A stretch of 54,449 bases of DNA from Candidatus Moraniibacteriota bacterium. GTDB lineage: Bacteria > Patescibacteriota > Minisyncoccia > Moranbacterales > UBA1568. Position numbers and translations under genes: made by a program. The first letter of the stretch is position 1; every line of letters starts with the position of its first letter. The stretch is taken from positions 1-54,449 of the forward strand of contig JBAXFX010000001.1 of assembly GCA_037139695.1 (NCBI GenBank). Direction: 5' to 3'. A model generated the notes under the pieces. That model did no database searches. It worked only from the letters and a program-made list of their open reading frames with translations, and was not told where the DNA came from. Of this stretch, positions 1-9,242 are shown in pieces.

Positions 1-16
1 TTGGTTGGCGCTCAAA

Positions 17-68
17 CGAAATTTTCGGATTTACAGCTCGACATGAGATTTGAGAGAGATACTGAGAA
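17..68. repeat. Partial copy (one arm) of palindromic repeat family 2, truncated by the window start
   Basis: Hand alignment: 17..68 matches 31478..31529 ('cgaaattttcggattt[a/g]cagctcgacatgagatttgaga[g/t]agatact[g/t]aga') with 3 mismatches in about 50 nt. Both copies lie just 3' of a minus-strand gene stop. Confidence 0.8.
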
Positions 69-151
69 GCAATTTTCCAACGATTGATGGAGTACTGTTA
101 TTTTTCAGAAAGAAATGCCCTCTATATCCTCTTTTATTCATAGAGACTATC

Positions 152-1351
152 CTATTGGCAATCGATGAGATCATCCTGATGCGACTCCGGTTCTCCGTTC
201 GGCTTATTCGCGAGGACCGCCTCAAGCAAATCGACGGATCTGTTCCAATCCCACTCTTTAGCCGTCTTGTATCCGTTCGCGATAAGTTTTTCGCGCAATG
301 AACTATCGTTCATCAGCCGTTCTACGGCTTTTTTTGCACTCGCAACATCACCTTGCTCCACGACCAATGCGTTATATCCATCGATGATATACTCATCATA
401 CCCGGTCACCTTTCCGACCACGACCGCACATCCGCATGCCATCGCTTCCATCGGAGGTCCGAAAAAACCTTCCACCCGACTCATCTTCAAAAAGATATCG
501 CATGAGGAATAAATCCTATTCATTTCACCGTACGGAACGTCCTCAAAATATCGATCGAACCGCCAATCCTTTTTCGGCTGCCCATTATTGCTGATGATCC
601 ATACTTCCACATCCAAATCGGAAACAACCGCGTAAGAATCGTCCATGCCCTTATAAGGAACATTTATCGCTCCTTCAATCAAGACCCTTTGCTTCGAGCA
701 TCTTGACCCTATCGGTTCGGATTTGAAAAAAATATCCGCATCCAGACCGTTCGGAACATAACGGGATTCATGGCCGAATTCCCGTTTGAGCCACGCCTGA
801 ATCCATCTTGCTTCCGTCACATACTCCATCGGTAGAGAATACGTACTAAGAATCAACTCCGTTTTTTTCTTCTCCTCTGGAAAAAATCTGCTTTCGTCGG
901 ATTGAACGAAATACAGTTTTCTCTTAGCTTGTGACATAGCCACGCTGAACGCGGTACTGTAGCCGGTAGCTACCAAGACGTCCATCCGATGAGATTTCAG
1001 GATCTTCTTCGTTATCCTGAACGGCAACACTTCTACCGATTGCCCGGAAAACCACCTGAAATCATTGCTGTTATTCAAGGAAAGTATCTTCACCTTATAT
1101 TTCTTTCGCAGTAATCTGTTCGCATGTTGAAACACTATCGCGATACCGCCGGAAATCCTCGTTCCGGGAATAAGAAAATATATATGCCGGTCATCCACGA
1201 AATCGGAATCCTTGGACTTCGAAGCCCCCAAAGAAAACCGTTTCCATTCGAAATATTCCGATTCGAAAGAAAATCGGCTCTTAAAGGTGATGCTATCAAG
1301 CCAATAAAGAGTCGCTTTCGCCTTTTTTTTCAAAAATTCAGATGTTTTCAT
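152..1351 (-). CDS. Glycosyltransferase family 1 (GT4-type, GT-B fold)
   Basis: 399-aa ORF. C-terminal region 'SRVEGFFGPPMEAMACGCAVVV' is typical of GT1/GT4 retaining transferases. 4-nt overlap with the upstream GT2 gene indicates an operon. Confidence 0.8.
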   Translation of the reverse strand: MKTSEFLKKKAKATLYWLDSITFKSRFSFESEYFEWKRFSLGASKSKDSDFVDDRHIYFLIPGTRISGGIAIVFQHANRLLRKKYKVKILSLNNSNDFRWFSGQSVEVLPFRITKKILKSHRMDVLVATGYSTAFSVAMSQAKRKLYFVQSDESRFFPEEKKKTELILSTYSLPMEYVTEARWIQAWLKREFGHESRYVPNGLDADIFFKSEPIGSRCSKQRVLIEGAINVPYKGMDDSYAVVSDLDVEVWIISNNGQPKKDWRFDRYFEDVPYGEMNRIYSSCDIFLKMSRVEGFFGPPMEAMACGCAVVVGKVTGYDEYIIDGYNALVVEQGDVASAKKAVERLMNDSSLREKLIANGYKTAKEWDWNRSVDLLEAVLANKPNGEPESHQDDLIDCQ

Positions 1352-2493
1352 GACATTTTTAGCAACTTGTACATTTTCCTGATACGGTCCCTCCTTTTCG
1401 AATGTTGCGGAAACAATCCGTTAAAAAGTTTTATGAACGAAACATAACGGGTTCCCAGGATCGTTCGCAATAGCTCCTTTTCTCCCTGCATCGATCGCTC
1501 GGCATGGCCACGCCTTTCCTGATCGATAAAGGATTCGTAATCCTGATTGAGACAGAAATCACGGAAATCCCGACTGGTCTTCAAAAGGAATTCCCTTTCG
1601 AAAAAGTCTAGGTGCGAAAATTCCTCTCTCATCCGATGAAAAAATTCCTTCTTATGGGATTCCGGGACCATGCCTCTGAAAAAGGAAAAGAGGAAATACG
1701 CCAGCAATTCCAAATAATAATGCTCATATCCGGGAATTTCCCTTATCCTCTTCCGTGAAAAGGACTCCTTCGTTTTTTTCATGATCTCAAAGATATCGAA
1801 AACCTTTCGACTGGTCGCATTAGCATCGGTCACGCTCCCTCTCCTGATCACATAATTATAAAAGACATCCTTCACCAGACAGACCTTTCCCGCCTTTACG
1901 ATAGCCAGGATAGTAAAGGGATTATCTTCAAAATACAATCCTTCAAAGAACCTAATCTCATTCCTCATTATCAGGTCTCTGGAGAATATTTTGTTCCAAA
2001 CCACGTTTGTCCGCGACACCATCTTCTTAAGATTCGCTTCCGAGAACGATTCGGTTTCTATCTTCTCCAAGATCAGTGATACCCAGGTCGGCTCATCCGC
2101 ATAAACGCCATCAATGATCTTTCTCACATTTCCAATCGCGACTTCCGCACCATTCCTCTTAGCGGACGAATACAGTCTTTCGAAGAAGTCCGTTTCAACC
2201 CAATCATCCGAATCGACGAAGCCCATGTATTCCCCAGTCGATTTCTCGATACCGAGATTCCTGGCGGCGCTGATGCCCAGGTTCCGAGGATTGGTATAGA
2301 CATGGATCCGCTCATCCAGGGCGGCATATCGCTTCACGATATCCGCCGAACCGTCCATGCCACAATCGTCCACACAGATTATTTCTATATCGCTGAGCGT
2401 TTGGGCGCATATCGAATCCAGACATCGCGCCACGAACTCTTTTACCTCGTAAAAAGGTATTATGATTGAAACTTTCGGCATCCCGGTCCGCAT
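1348..2493 (-). CDS. Glycosyltransferase family 2
   Basis: 381-aa ORF. N-terminal GT-A signature 'VSIIIPFYEV...CLDSICAQTLSDIEIICVDDCGMDGS' and DxD-like 'FVDSDD'. Confidence 0.85.
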   Translation of the reverse strand: MRTGMPKVSIIIPFYEVKEFVARCLDSICAQTLSDIEIICVDDCGMDGSADIVKRYAALDERIHVYTNPRNLGISAARNLGIEKSTGEYMGFVDSDDWVETDFFERLYSSAKRNGAEVAIGNVRKIIDGVYADEPTWVSLILEKIETESFSEANLKKMVSRTNVVWNKIFSRDLIMRNEIRFFEGLYFEDNPFTILAIVKAGKVCLVKDVFYNYVIRRGSVTDANATSRKVFDIFEIMKKTKESFSRKRIREIPGYEHYYLELLAYFLFSFFRGMVPESHKKEFFHRMREEFSHLDFFEREFLLKTSRDFRDFCLNQDYESFIDQERRGHAERSMQGEKELLRTILGTRYVSFIKLFNGLFPQHSKRRDRIRKMYKLLKMS

Positions 2494-2505
2494 ATGTCAG
2501 CAATG

Positions 2506-4338
2506 TTATTTCCTTATTCGTATATTCACGTATGGATCCGAAACGATATAGTCGGTAAACAGATTCTTTTCGCGTATTCTTTTATACGCGGAATCGGCAT
2601 AGTGACTGTTATTGGAATTGATAACACTCCTTTGAAATTCGATTGTAGTCGAACACATGGCCGTAAGTCCGGCGTCATGAATCCTATACCGGACAAGTCG
2701 TTCCCTGATAGGCTTCGCCCTGAATCCCATACCAAGGAGTCTTGCCCAAAAATCCCAATCCTCAGGCACATGCCCATCACCGATCGGCCAGTCCCTATAT
2801 CCCCCGCCCTGCTTCCATGCGTTCCTGGAAAAGACTGCCGTAGTAGGAATGGCATTATGGATGAGTATTTTTTCAAAACTCGTATTTGATACGTCCCAGC
2901 CCCTATCCGAATTTCCAAAAAACTGAAGACTCGAATACAGTATGTCATACTTTTCGCCCTCAAGTATTCTTAGGGCTTTTTCGAAATAAGAGGGCTCCAA
3001 CATATCATCCGCATCGAGACAACATATATATCTGCCACGTGCCTTCCTTATTCCGTAATTCCTGTTGTCTCCGACCAGATGTCGTCCTTCCCGAAAAAAT
3101 ATCCGTGTTTTCGGTTTTCTGAGAGCCTTCAATGTTCTCCTGGTGACACCGTCGGTCGAACCTCCGTCGACAACGATTATTTCGATATTTTCCACAGTTT
3201 GCACGAGGACCGAGTCTATGGCGGACTCGACATATTTTCCGTAATTGAAACAAGGGATGACAACACTTATGACTGGGTCGCCGTCCGGAATCCTCTCATT
3301 GACGACTTTTATTTTCCCCATGCGGAACAAAATATTTTTTTTGAAAAGAAACGCCATCTCGGAACAAAGGTCCCTCGTCCAAAATCCTATCGGGTACTTT
3401 TGTTTGATCCGTATATATAGGCTCCTGGTTTTCCAAAACAGAAAAGCCGTCACTCCTTTCGTTATGAAGGATTTCCCGAACAGGGCGCGGTTTTTTCTCA
3501 CAAACCCCCACCAACGGTCGGCACCGCCGATGCGTACGTTGATCCATGGCTTCTCACCGGTAAAATGAAGAACGGAGGCGTCATAGTGGCAATCGGCCAC
3601 ATCCTGGCTCGTCAATATTCCGTCCGCTACCAGATTCGGATAGTGAGGACCGCCGACCAAACCGGAAAATACGTTATATTTCGCCGGCAAATATCCGATC
3701 ATCCCCCGACAGCTGATATTCAGTATATCTTGATCCTGATAGACGAATAATTCCTTCGCCAGTTCCTCCCATCTTCTTTCCATTCCTGATTCCCTCATCT
3801 TCCCTAAGTCCATCACCATAAATCCGGCATTGAAATACTCCCCTCTCAGCCCGTCGAAATTTTTTTTGAAATATTCGTATGATCGCAGATGCCGATCGAA
3901 ATTATTCTTGTAGTTTACAAAGGGATCCCTTACTGCCGCCAAAAGGCGGCCTTCCAGATCGGTTTCCCATACAGCAGAGATATCTTTCAGAAACAGGATA
4001 TCCGAATCCGCATATATCACCTTGTCAATACCGGTCAAAAGCCCCGGCAAGGAAAGTCTGAAATAAGATGCCTCGGATATCCCCCTCGATACAAAGGCAT
4101 CCTTGAACCTATCATCCATCGCGAGAAATTCGATGTCCGAATCCTTCCCGGCCACATCCACGATGTGTCCCAATTCACGACGGTCACTCTCTGAAACATC
4201 CTTGGCACATACGCAGAATATCGCGTAATCCGCCTTTCCGTATGAACAACGCAAAAGACTGGCAATGGCAACCCCGGCCTGTCTGTAAAAGGCATGATCG
4301 AAACAAAAAACGATGTTCACTTTCCGCGTTACTGACAT
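2506..4338 (-). CDS. Two-domain glycosyltransferase: N-terminal GT8-like fused to C-terminal GT2
   Basis: 610-aa ORF. The N half has GT8-like 'NIVFCFDHAFYRQAGVAIASLL', 'YADSDILF' and 'FNAGFMVMDL'. The C half has GT2 'ISVVIPCFNYGKYVESAIDSVLVQT..IEIIVVDGGSTDG' and 'CLDADD'. Confidence 0.8.
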   Translation of the reverse strand: MSVTRKVNIVFCFDHAFYRQAGVAIASLLRCSYGKADYAIFCVCAKDVSESDRRELGHIVDVAGKDSDIEFLAMDDRFKDAFVSRGISEASYFRLSLPGLLTGIDKVIYADSDILFLKDISAVWETDLEGRLLAAVRDPFVNYKNNFDRHLRSYEYFKKNFDGLRGEYFNAGFMVMDLGKMRESGMERRWEELAKELFVYQDQDILNISCRGMIGYLPAKYNVFSGLVGGPHYPNLVADGILTSQDVADCHYDASVLHFTGEKPWINVRIGGADRWWGFVRKNRALFGKSFITKGVTAFLFWKTRSLYIRIKQKYPIGFWTRDLCSEMAFLFKKNILFRMGKIKVVNERIPDGDPVISVVIPCFNYGKYVESAIDSVLVQTVENIEIIVVDGGSTDGVTRRTLKALRKPKTRIFFREGRHLVGDNRNYGIRKARGRYICCLDADDMLEPSYFEKALRILEGEKYDILYSSLQFFGNSDRGWDVSNTSFEKILIHNAIPTTAVFSRNAWKQGGGYRDWPIGDGHVPEDWDFWARLLGMGFRAKPIRERLVRYRIHDAGLTAMCSTTIEFQRSVINSNNSHYADSAYKRIREKNLFTDYIVSDPYVNIRIRK

Positions 4339-6632
4339 ACGTTTCTTTTGCTCGGCTTTCTTATCTTGTCCGCGAATAACCCAAAGAAATTCTCACTGAC
4401 CGCCTTAAGCTCTCCAAGGCGACTTCGTAATCGTTTCTTTTCGGTCACGGATTCCCCTTGGACGAGAGCTTCTCTGATATTTTCGGAAGAGAACTCGCCT
4501 ATCTCCGCGATCTGTAGCAATTTATTTCGTAGAACGTCGGAAAGACCCCGGGACTTACGTTCATAATAGTCGCTTTTGTGCAGAGCGATGGCCGGAACCC
4601 CCGAGTAGAGGGAAAAAAGCGTGCCGTGATAGCTCGTAGTAATGACCACGTCCGCCGATTCGATCATGTTCCGGAATTCGCTATAACTATCGGCTTTGGG
4701 ATGTCTCTCTCCGATATGTGTTCCCAATGAATCGCAAATGCCGTCGAAACTCCGACTTTCACTCACCCATTTCCCATCCATCATACTGAAGAAAAAAATC
4801 TCGTACTGATCCGGGTCTTCCGAAACGAACCGGTGCAACTTCAGCAACAAGTCCCCATACTCGCCATCGGAAGTCTCCAGATAATCATCCGCCCTGAAAT
4901 TGATGCCGATCCTCCTCTTGCCGGATCCCTTGATGCTATTTTCTTTCGGCCGATCCATTTTCTTTTCGTCGAACAACGCGATAGTATCATCGAAAGAAAA
5001 AGTCAGATTGGGAATCCGTTCCTGCCAAATCGTGTCACGCGTCCCAAAGAGAGGACTGTGCCTGCATATCGAACCCATTTCTTTCTCCTGATCCGGTAAG
5101 AATGGTCCGAGGCCCTGGCCACTGAAAACGATTCTTTCGTAAGGAACACCGAACGAAACGGCCTCCCGTAAAAGCCAGATCTTCTGGTCGTACCAATACT
5201 TATTCAAGTATCCGCCACCATAGTAATGGATAAGGGCCACGTCTTTGGATACAATCGCTTCTGATCGGAAAAATTCCCTTACATTCTTCCTATAGCAAAA
5301 ACCGTCCGGAATCATCGGCGGATTTTCGGTAAAAATAACAACCTTATATCTGATCCCGTATCCCCTGTAGAATTTTTTTGCCACGGCAAGAATACTTTCG
5401 TCTCCAAGATTCCCCCAACCGCCATCTCCTCCGATCAACAGTATGTATTTTCTGATCCTTGCGAATCTCAAGACGCTGTTCATCAGATATCTGAATGTAC
5501 GTTTCTTGGCCAAAAGATACCCCCTACCCTTATTCAGCAAGACTTTCCGTCTGGAAGCCGCTAACATACCTTCAACCGATCGTACGATATCGCCTTTTCC
5601 GAGTTCCCTACCCTTTTTCAAGATTTCTTCCCAAAACGACAACTGATACCCGGTATTTCCCAGATTGATCCTTTCAAGACTTTTCCGGTATCCCTTTTCC
5701 AGAAAAGCGTCCGCCTGACCAAGCCTACCAAACAGATCGAGACTGATCATTGTCCTGACACATTTCTCGCAAGTACAGCAGTTATATTTCTTGTCACGAT
5801 TCTCCCAACAAACCCGCAGGACATTCGCCACGTTTCCCGAAACGTATCGTTCTATTTTTTCGACACGAGTCGACTCCACCCCATCCTGAACGAATCGGAG
5901 GTGGTCCGTCGACCAGAGCTGATCGAGAAAGGGATGGGAACCGTGGGGTTCTATCTCGTTATATGCCAAAGAGGACGGTATGAATATCTTTCCGAATAAG
6001 CCTGAAAGGAGCAGGCCAACGGAACAAAGGAAACTACCTGAAACCGACTCCGCCCAGAAAGCCGACGCTGCCGTATCCGAAAACCCGAACCTGATATTCG
6101 TGACGACGGGAACAAGTCTCTTGCCGTACTCACGTGCGACCTGCCCGGCCTTTTGCACCGTCTCCTCCCAGATAGGATCATCTTCCTTATTCAAACCGAT
6201 ATCGAGTCCTCTCACCAGGATTAGATGGGTTATTTCGTCCTTATTCTTAAGCAGCGTATAAAACGAATCTACTCCTCCGGAAAAGAAGCTCCCGACAAAT
6301 CCGTTACCATCGTTCCTTTCGTCGCCCGCTCCGGCGTGAATCCGTATCCTGTTCAGCTCACTATTACCGAGGACATGACACCCGATGATATCCTCAATGG
6401 AACGGAGCAGTTTCCCGGAGATACTTCCGTCAATAAAGATATCCTCCCCCTTCCACATACAATCAATTAACGTCGCCGCGATGAACGGCTCTGGTCCCAC
6501 GGCAACCTCTTGATCGGGAGAAAAGACACAGAACCACAGCGTCCTGACCTCGGTTTCGCCGTCATACCTGATATCGGCGGAAACTTCCACATATTCCCGT
6601 TCTCGCTTTTCCCGTATGTTCGATATGTTCAT
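4329..6632 (-). CDS. Fusion protein: N-terminal PP-loop (SGGxDS) ATP-pyrophosphatase-like domain plus C-terminal polysaccharide pyruvyl transferase domain
   Basis: 767-aa ORF. The N half has 'FFSGGVDSFYTL' (PP-loop) and a Cys cluster 'NCCTCEKCVRT' reminiscent of QueC/ExsB-type enzymes. The C half has 'LLIGGDGGWGNLGDESIL' and 'ITTSYHGTLFSLYSGVPAIAL', typical of CsaB/PssM-type pyruvyl transferases. Confidence 0.65.
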   Translation of the reverse strand: MNISNIREKREREYVEVSADIRYDGETEVRTLWFCVFSPDQEVAVGPEPFIAATLIDCMWKGEDIFIDGSISGKLLRSIEDIIGCHVLGNSELNRIRIHAGAGDERNDGNGFVGSFFSGGVDSFYTLLKNKDEITHLILVRGLDIGLNKEDDPIWEETVQKAGQVAREYGKRLVPVVTNIRFGFSDTAASAFWAESVSGSFLCSVGLLLSGLFGKIFIPSSLAYNEIEPHGSHPFLDQLWSTDHLRFVQDGVESTRVEKIERYVSGNVANVLRVCWENRDKKYNCCTCEKCVRTMISLDLFGRLGQADAFLEKGYRKSLERINLGNTGYQLSFWEEILKKGRELGKGDIVRSVEGMLAASRRKVLLNKGRGYLLAKKRTFRYLMNSVLRFARIRKYILLIGGDGGWGNLGDESILAVAKKFYRGYGIRYKVVIFTENPPMIPDGFCYRKNVREFFRSEAIVSKDVALIHYYGGGYLNKYWYDQKIWLLREAVSFGVPYERIVFSGQGLGPFLPDQEKEMGSICRHSPLFGTRDTIWQERIPNLTFSFDDTIALFDEKKMDRPKENSIKGSGKRRIGINFRADDYLETSDGEYGDLLLKLHRFVSEDPDQYEIFFFSMMDGKWVSESRSFDGICDSLGTHIGERHPKADSYSEFRNMIESADVVITTSYHGTLFSLYSGVPAIALHKSDYYERKSRGLSDVLRNKLLQIAEIGEFSSENIREALVQGESVTEKKRLRSRLGELKAVSENFFGLFADKIRKPSKRNVCQ

Positions 6633-6823
6633 AAATCTCTCATAAACCGGATCTAGCCCCTGCCCCTTTCAAAAAGAGGCTTCGTCCGTTTATCAAAAAA
6701 TATTCCTCATCCGATCGGTTATCCGTTCCTTCTCCATATTCTATACTATGTATCGGCTCTTTTCCAGCTCTATTTTTTCCAAGGCATGGAGCCAAAAAAC
6801 ACGGCGCATCCAAAAAAATCCGT

Positions 6824-6865
6824 CATGAAAAACGCGAAAGCCCATACCGTTTTCCCGGTATGGGC
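6824..6865 (-). terminator. Rho-independent terminator downstream of ORF 6887..7495
   Basis: 10-bp stem gcccataccg/cggtatgggc (6840..6865) with a 6-nt loop, followed on the minus strand by 'tttcgcgttttt'. Confidence 0.7.
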
Positions 6866-6886
6866 CACGTTTGTCCTGTCGATGTC

Positions 6887-7495
6887 TTATCGCGTCAGGG
6901 CGGGAATCACCCTGTACCGATCCAATAATCTTTCGAATTCCGGCTTGATATTCTTGATCCGAAGCTTATCATAATCAGGCCCGCCATAAACCTCATGTCT
7001 CAACAAAAGATCAAGGAAATCGAACCGCTCCGACGGGTCACATTCTCGGATCCGATCAAGGCTCTGCGATTGGATTCTCGTGACATGCATCTTGGAATCG
7101 TATGCGACGGACCCGGTATTGATCGCGGCTGAACGGATCGACACCGATAGGAATATGGAACATTCCTTGCCCGAGACTTTTTTCAGAAAAGCGATCGCTT
7201 CCTCGGCGATTCCCTTCAACCGGGCATACACCGTCCCTTCGCAGAGTACGACCACTCCGGATCCCAAAAACACGTTTGACCAGGCCATGTTTCCATGCCG
7301 ATTACCAAGCCCTAAGACAGCCTCGGCGGATATCTTCTCCGCCAGGCCCCGACAGAACGATTCATCGTACGGCTCATTCAGGAACGGGCCGTGAACGGTT
7401 TCGAACCCGTCTTCGATATACCCTTTCAGGCCGAGGACGCGGTCGAGCAGTTCCGGAAGTTCCGTCGTGATGACTCCACGTTTTTCATGTATCAT
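6887..7495 (-). CDS. Hypothetical protein (202 aa), no recognised domain
   Basis: Long ORF with a purine-rich 'agagagggg' upstream of the ATG and its own terminator. No motif recognised. Confidence 0.6.
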   Translation of the reverse strand: MIHEKRGVITTELPELLDRVLGLKGYIEDGFETVHGPFLNEPYDESFCRGLAEKISAEAVLGLGNRHGNMAWSNVFLGSGVVVLCEGTVYARLKGIAEEAIAFLKKVSGKECSIFLSVSIRSAAINTGSVAYDSKMHVTRIQSQSLDRIRECDPSERFDFLDLLLRHEVYGGPDYDKLRIKNIKPEFERLLDRYRVIPALTR

Positions 7496-7654
7496 GTTCC
7501 CCTCTCTTTTTTCATTGTTGAAATATTGTTAACAAACACAAAGACGACCCATCATACTTCGCCAATACGGTCCTGTCAATAAAACGCGAGGGAATATCAA
7601 CGGAGGGAGGATAAAAACAATGACCTTCCCTAAAAAATCAGCTATCAGAAAATA

Positions 7655-8749
7655 CTACTTTTCCGCTTCGCCGCGCAGTTCCTCGATAAGTTTCTTTTCT
7701 TTTCCTGAAAGCTTCTTCGGTATGTCTATCGTGACGGTCACGAGGTGATCGCCTTGGCCGTATCCCCGGACATTTTTCAGCCCCTTTCCCTTTATACGGA
7801 ATATTTCCCCAGGCTGGGTACCGGCAGGAATCTTCATATTCACAAAACCGTAGGCCGTTTCGACCTTCACGGTATCTCCGAGAACCGCCTGCGGGAAAGA
7901 AATGGCGAGCTTGGACAGGATGTTCTCCCCACGACGCGCAAACGACGGATGCGATTTCACATGGACATTGACATAGAGGTCTCCAGACTGTCCTCCCGGC
8001 TCACCGGCGGCACCCTTGCCGGAAACCGATATCACCTGCCCGTCGTCGATACCGGCGGGTATCCGAACGGTCACGTCCTCGTCTCCGGTCACACGACCCG
8101 CGCCATGGCACTTCGGGCAGTCCTCCGCGAAACGCTTTCCCTTGCCATGGCACTTCGGGCACGGTACGACCGTCGCGAACGTACCAAGCATGCTCCGAAC
8201 CGTCTGTCGGACCTGCCCGGCCCCGCCACATTCCGAACAGGTAGTTTCCTTCGACCCTCTCTTCCCTCCGGTGCCGTCGCAATCCGAACATACGATCGTC
8301 TTGCGCAACCGCATCGAGCGTTCCGTCCCGTTCACCATGTCCATGAAGGAAATCTCCACATCAACCTGAATATCGGATCCGGCCCGTGGCCCGCGTTGCC
8401 GACCACCCGAGAACCCTCCGCCGAACAGATCCGAAAAGACGTCCTCGAAACCACCGGCGCCACCGCCAAACTGAAAATCATTAAAATCAAAACCGCCGGC
8501 GCCGTTCCCACCGGAAAATCCACCAAAACCGGCCGGACCCTCGGCACTCCCATACTGGTCATATCGTTTCCGCTTTTCCGGATCGGACAGTGTGCCGTAT
8601 GCCTCGTTCGCTTCCTTGAACTTCGCCTCGTTGCCACCCTGCTTGTCCGGATGATGCTTGTGCGCGAGCTTTCGGAATGCCTTCTTGATATCGTCTTGGG
8701 ACGCGTCCTTGGATACGCCGAGTATCGCATAATAGTCCTTGTTTGCCAT
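7655..8749 (-). CDS. dnaJ: Molecular chaperone DnaJ (type I Hsp40)
   Basis: J domain '[32 protein letters not shown]', a G/F-rich linker and four CxxCxGxG zinc-finger repeats ([32 protein letters not shown]). Confidence 0.95.
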   Translation of the reverse strand: MANKDYYAILGVSKDASQDDIKKAFRKLAHKHHPDKQGGNEAKFKEANEAYGTLSDPEKRKRYDQYGSAEGPAGFGGFSGGNGAGGFDFNDFQFGGGAGGFEDVFSDLFGGGFSGGRQRGPRAGSDIQVDVEISFMDMVNGTERSMRLRKTIVCSDCDGTGGKRGSKETTCSECGGAGQVRQTVRSMLGTFATVVPCPKCHGKGKRFAEDCPKCHGAGRVTGDEDVTVRIPAGIDDGQVISVSGKGAAGEPGGQSGDLYVNVHVKSHPSFARRGENILSKLAISFPQAVLGDTVKVETAYGFVNMKIPAGTQPGEIFRIKGKGLKNVRGYGQGDHLVTVTIDIPKKLSGKEKKLIEELRGEAEK

Positions 8750-8805
8750 AGGTCATCGAATGTTTTGGAATCTGATCCCTCCCACTGTACCGCAAAACGA
8801 AAAGA

Positions 8806-8832
8806 TTAGCAATCCAATAAAGAGAGTGCTAA
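8806..8832 (-). promoter_or_regulatory. CIRCE operator (HrcA binding site) upstream of dnaJ
   Basis: TTAGCAATC-N9-GAGTGCTAA versus consensus TTAGCACTC-N9-GAGTGCTAA (1 mismatch). It lies 57-83 nt upstream of the dnaJ ATG. Confidence 0.8.
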
Positions 8833-8847
8833 TACTTCCATTTTTGT

Positions 8848-9153
8848 CACTGGTACCCGATTAGGTTGGTGAAAGTGCTTCTTTTAGGCTAGGATAAAGT
8901 CAGAATCGACGTTTTATATTTTATAAAGTAAAAATGCTTAATTCGCAGTCACAAATCCCCCTCGCTCCCCCTTCCCGAAAGGGGGAGACATATCTTTTTT
9001 CGCTTGTACTGTAATCGATATCTCCCTTTTGCAAAGGGAGTACCGAGTCTTCGAGGGGAGGGATTTGTGCTTGATCGGTCGAAGTCGGCATATCATTTTT
9101 TAGAATACGTCGAGTAAAATATCTTTAAGAAACTACCTAATCGGGAACTAGTG
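8848..9153. repeat. Nested palindromic element, about 306 nt (repeat family 1 arms enclosing a family-3-like module)
   Basis: Terminal arms 8848..8870 'cactggtacccgattaggttggt' and 9131..9153 (reverse complement 'cactagttcccgattaggtagtt') match at 19/23. An inner inverted repeat spans 8950..9069 ('cacaaatcccc...gggagggatttgtg') and encloses two CTCCC/GGGAG hairpins. The right arm recurs at 54398..54449. Confidence 0.8.
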
Positions 9154-9242
9154 CCCCATTTTTGACCCTGTGCAGTCTCATGGACCCGATTACGGAGCAG
9201 TCTTTTGACTCACTGCTGCTTCTACTTCTTCACTTTTCACTA

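Noticed and set aside
7745-8809. 354-aa plus-strand ORF antisense to dnaJ. Similar long antisense ORFs occur at 21399..22496, 24723..25583, 27881..28999, 30083..31084, 34279..35229, 35085..35993, 42065..43009, 46183..47802, 50897..52279 and 52729..53607.
   Set aside because: Each lies opposite a gene with unmistakable conserved motifs. Their translations are Arg/Pro/Gly/Ser-rich with no motifs, which is typical of shadow ORFs in GC-rich coding DNA.
8848-9153. Possibility that the structured 306-nt region is RNase P RNA, tmRNA, SRP RNA or 6S RNA.
   Set aside because: I could not find the conserved cores: no GAGGAAAGUCC-type P4 strand, no tRNA-like 3' end or tag ORF, and no SRP 'GGAAGCAGCC'-type domain IV. 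The dispersed copy at the window end also argues for a repeat family rather than a single-copy housekeeping RNA. A cmscan run is still needed.
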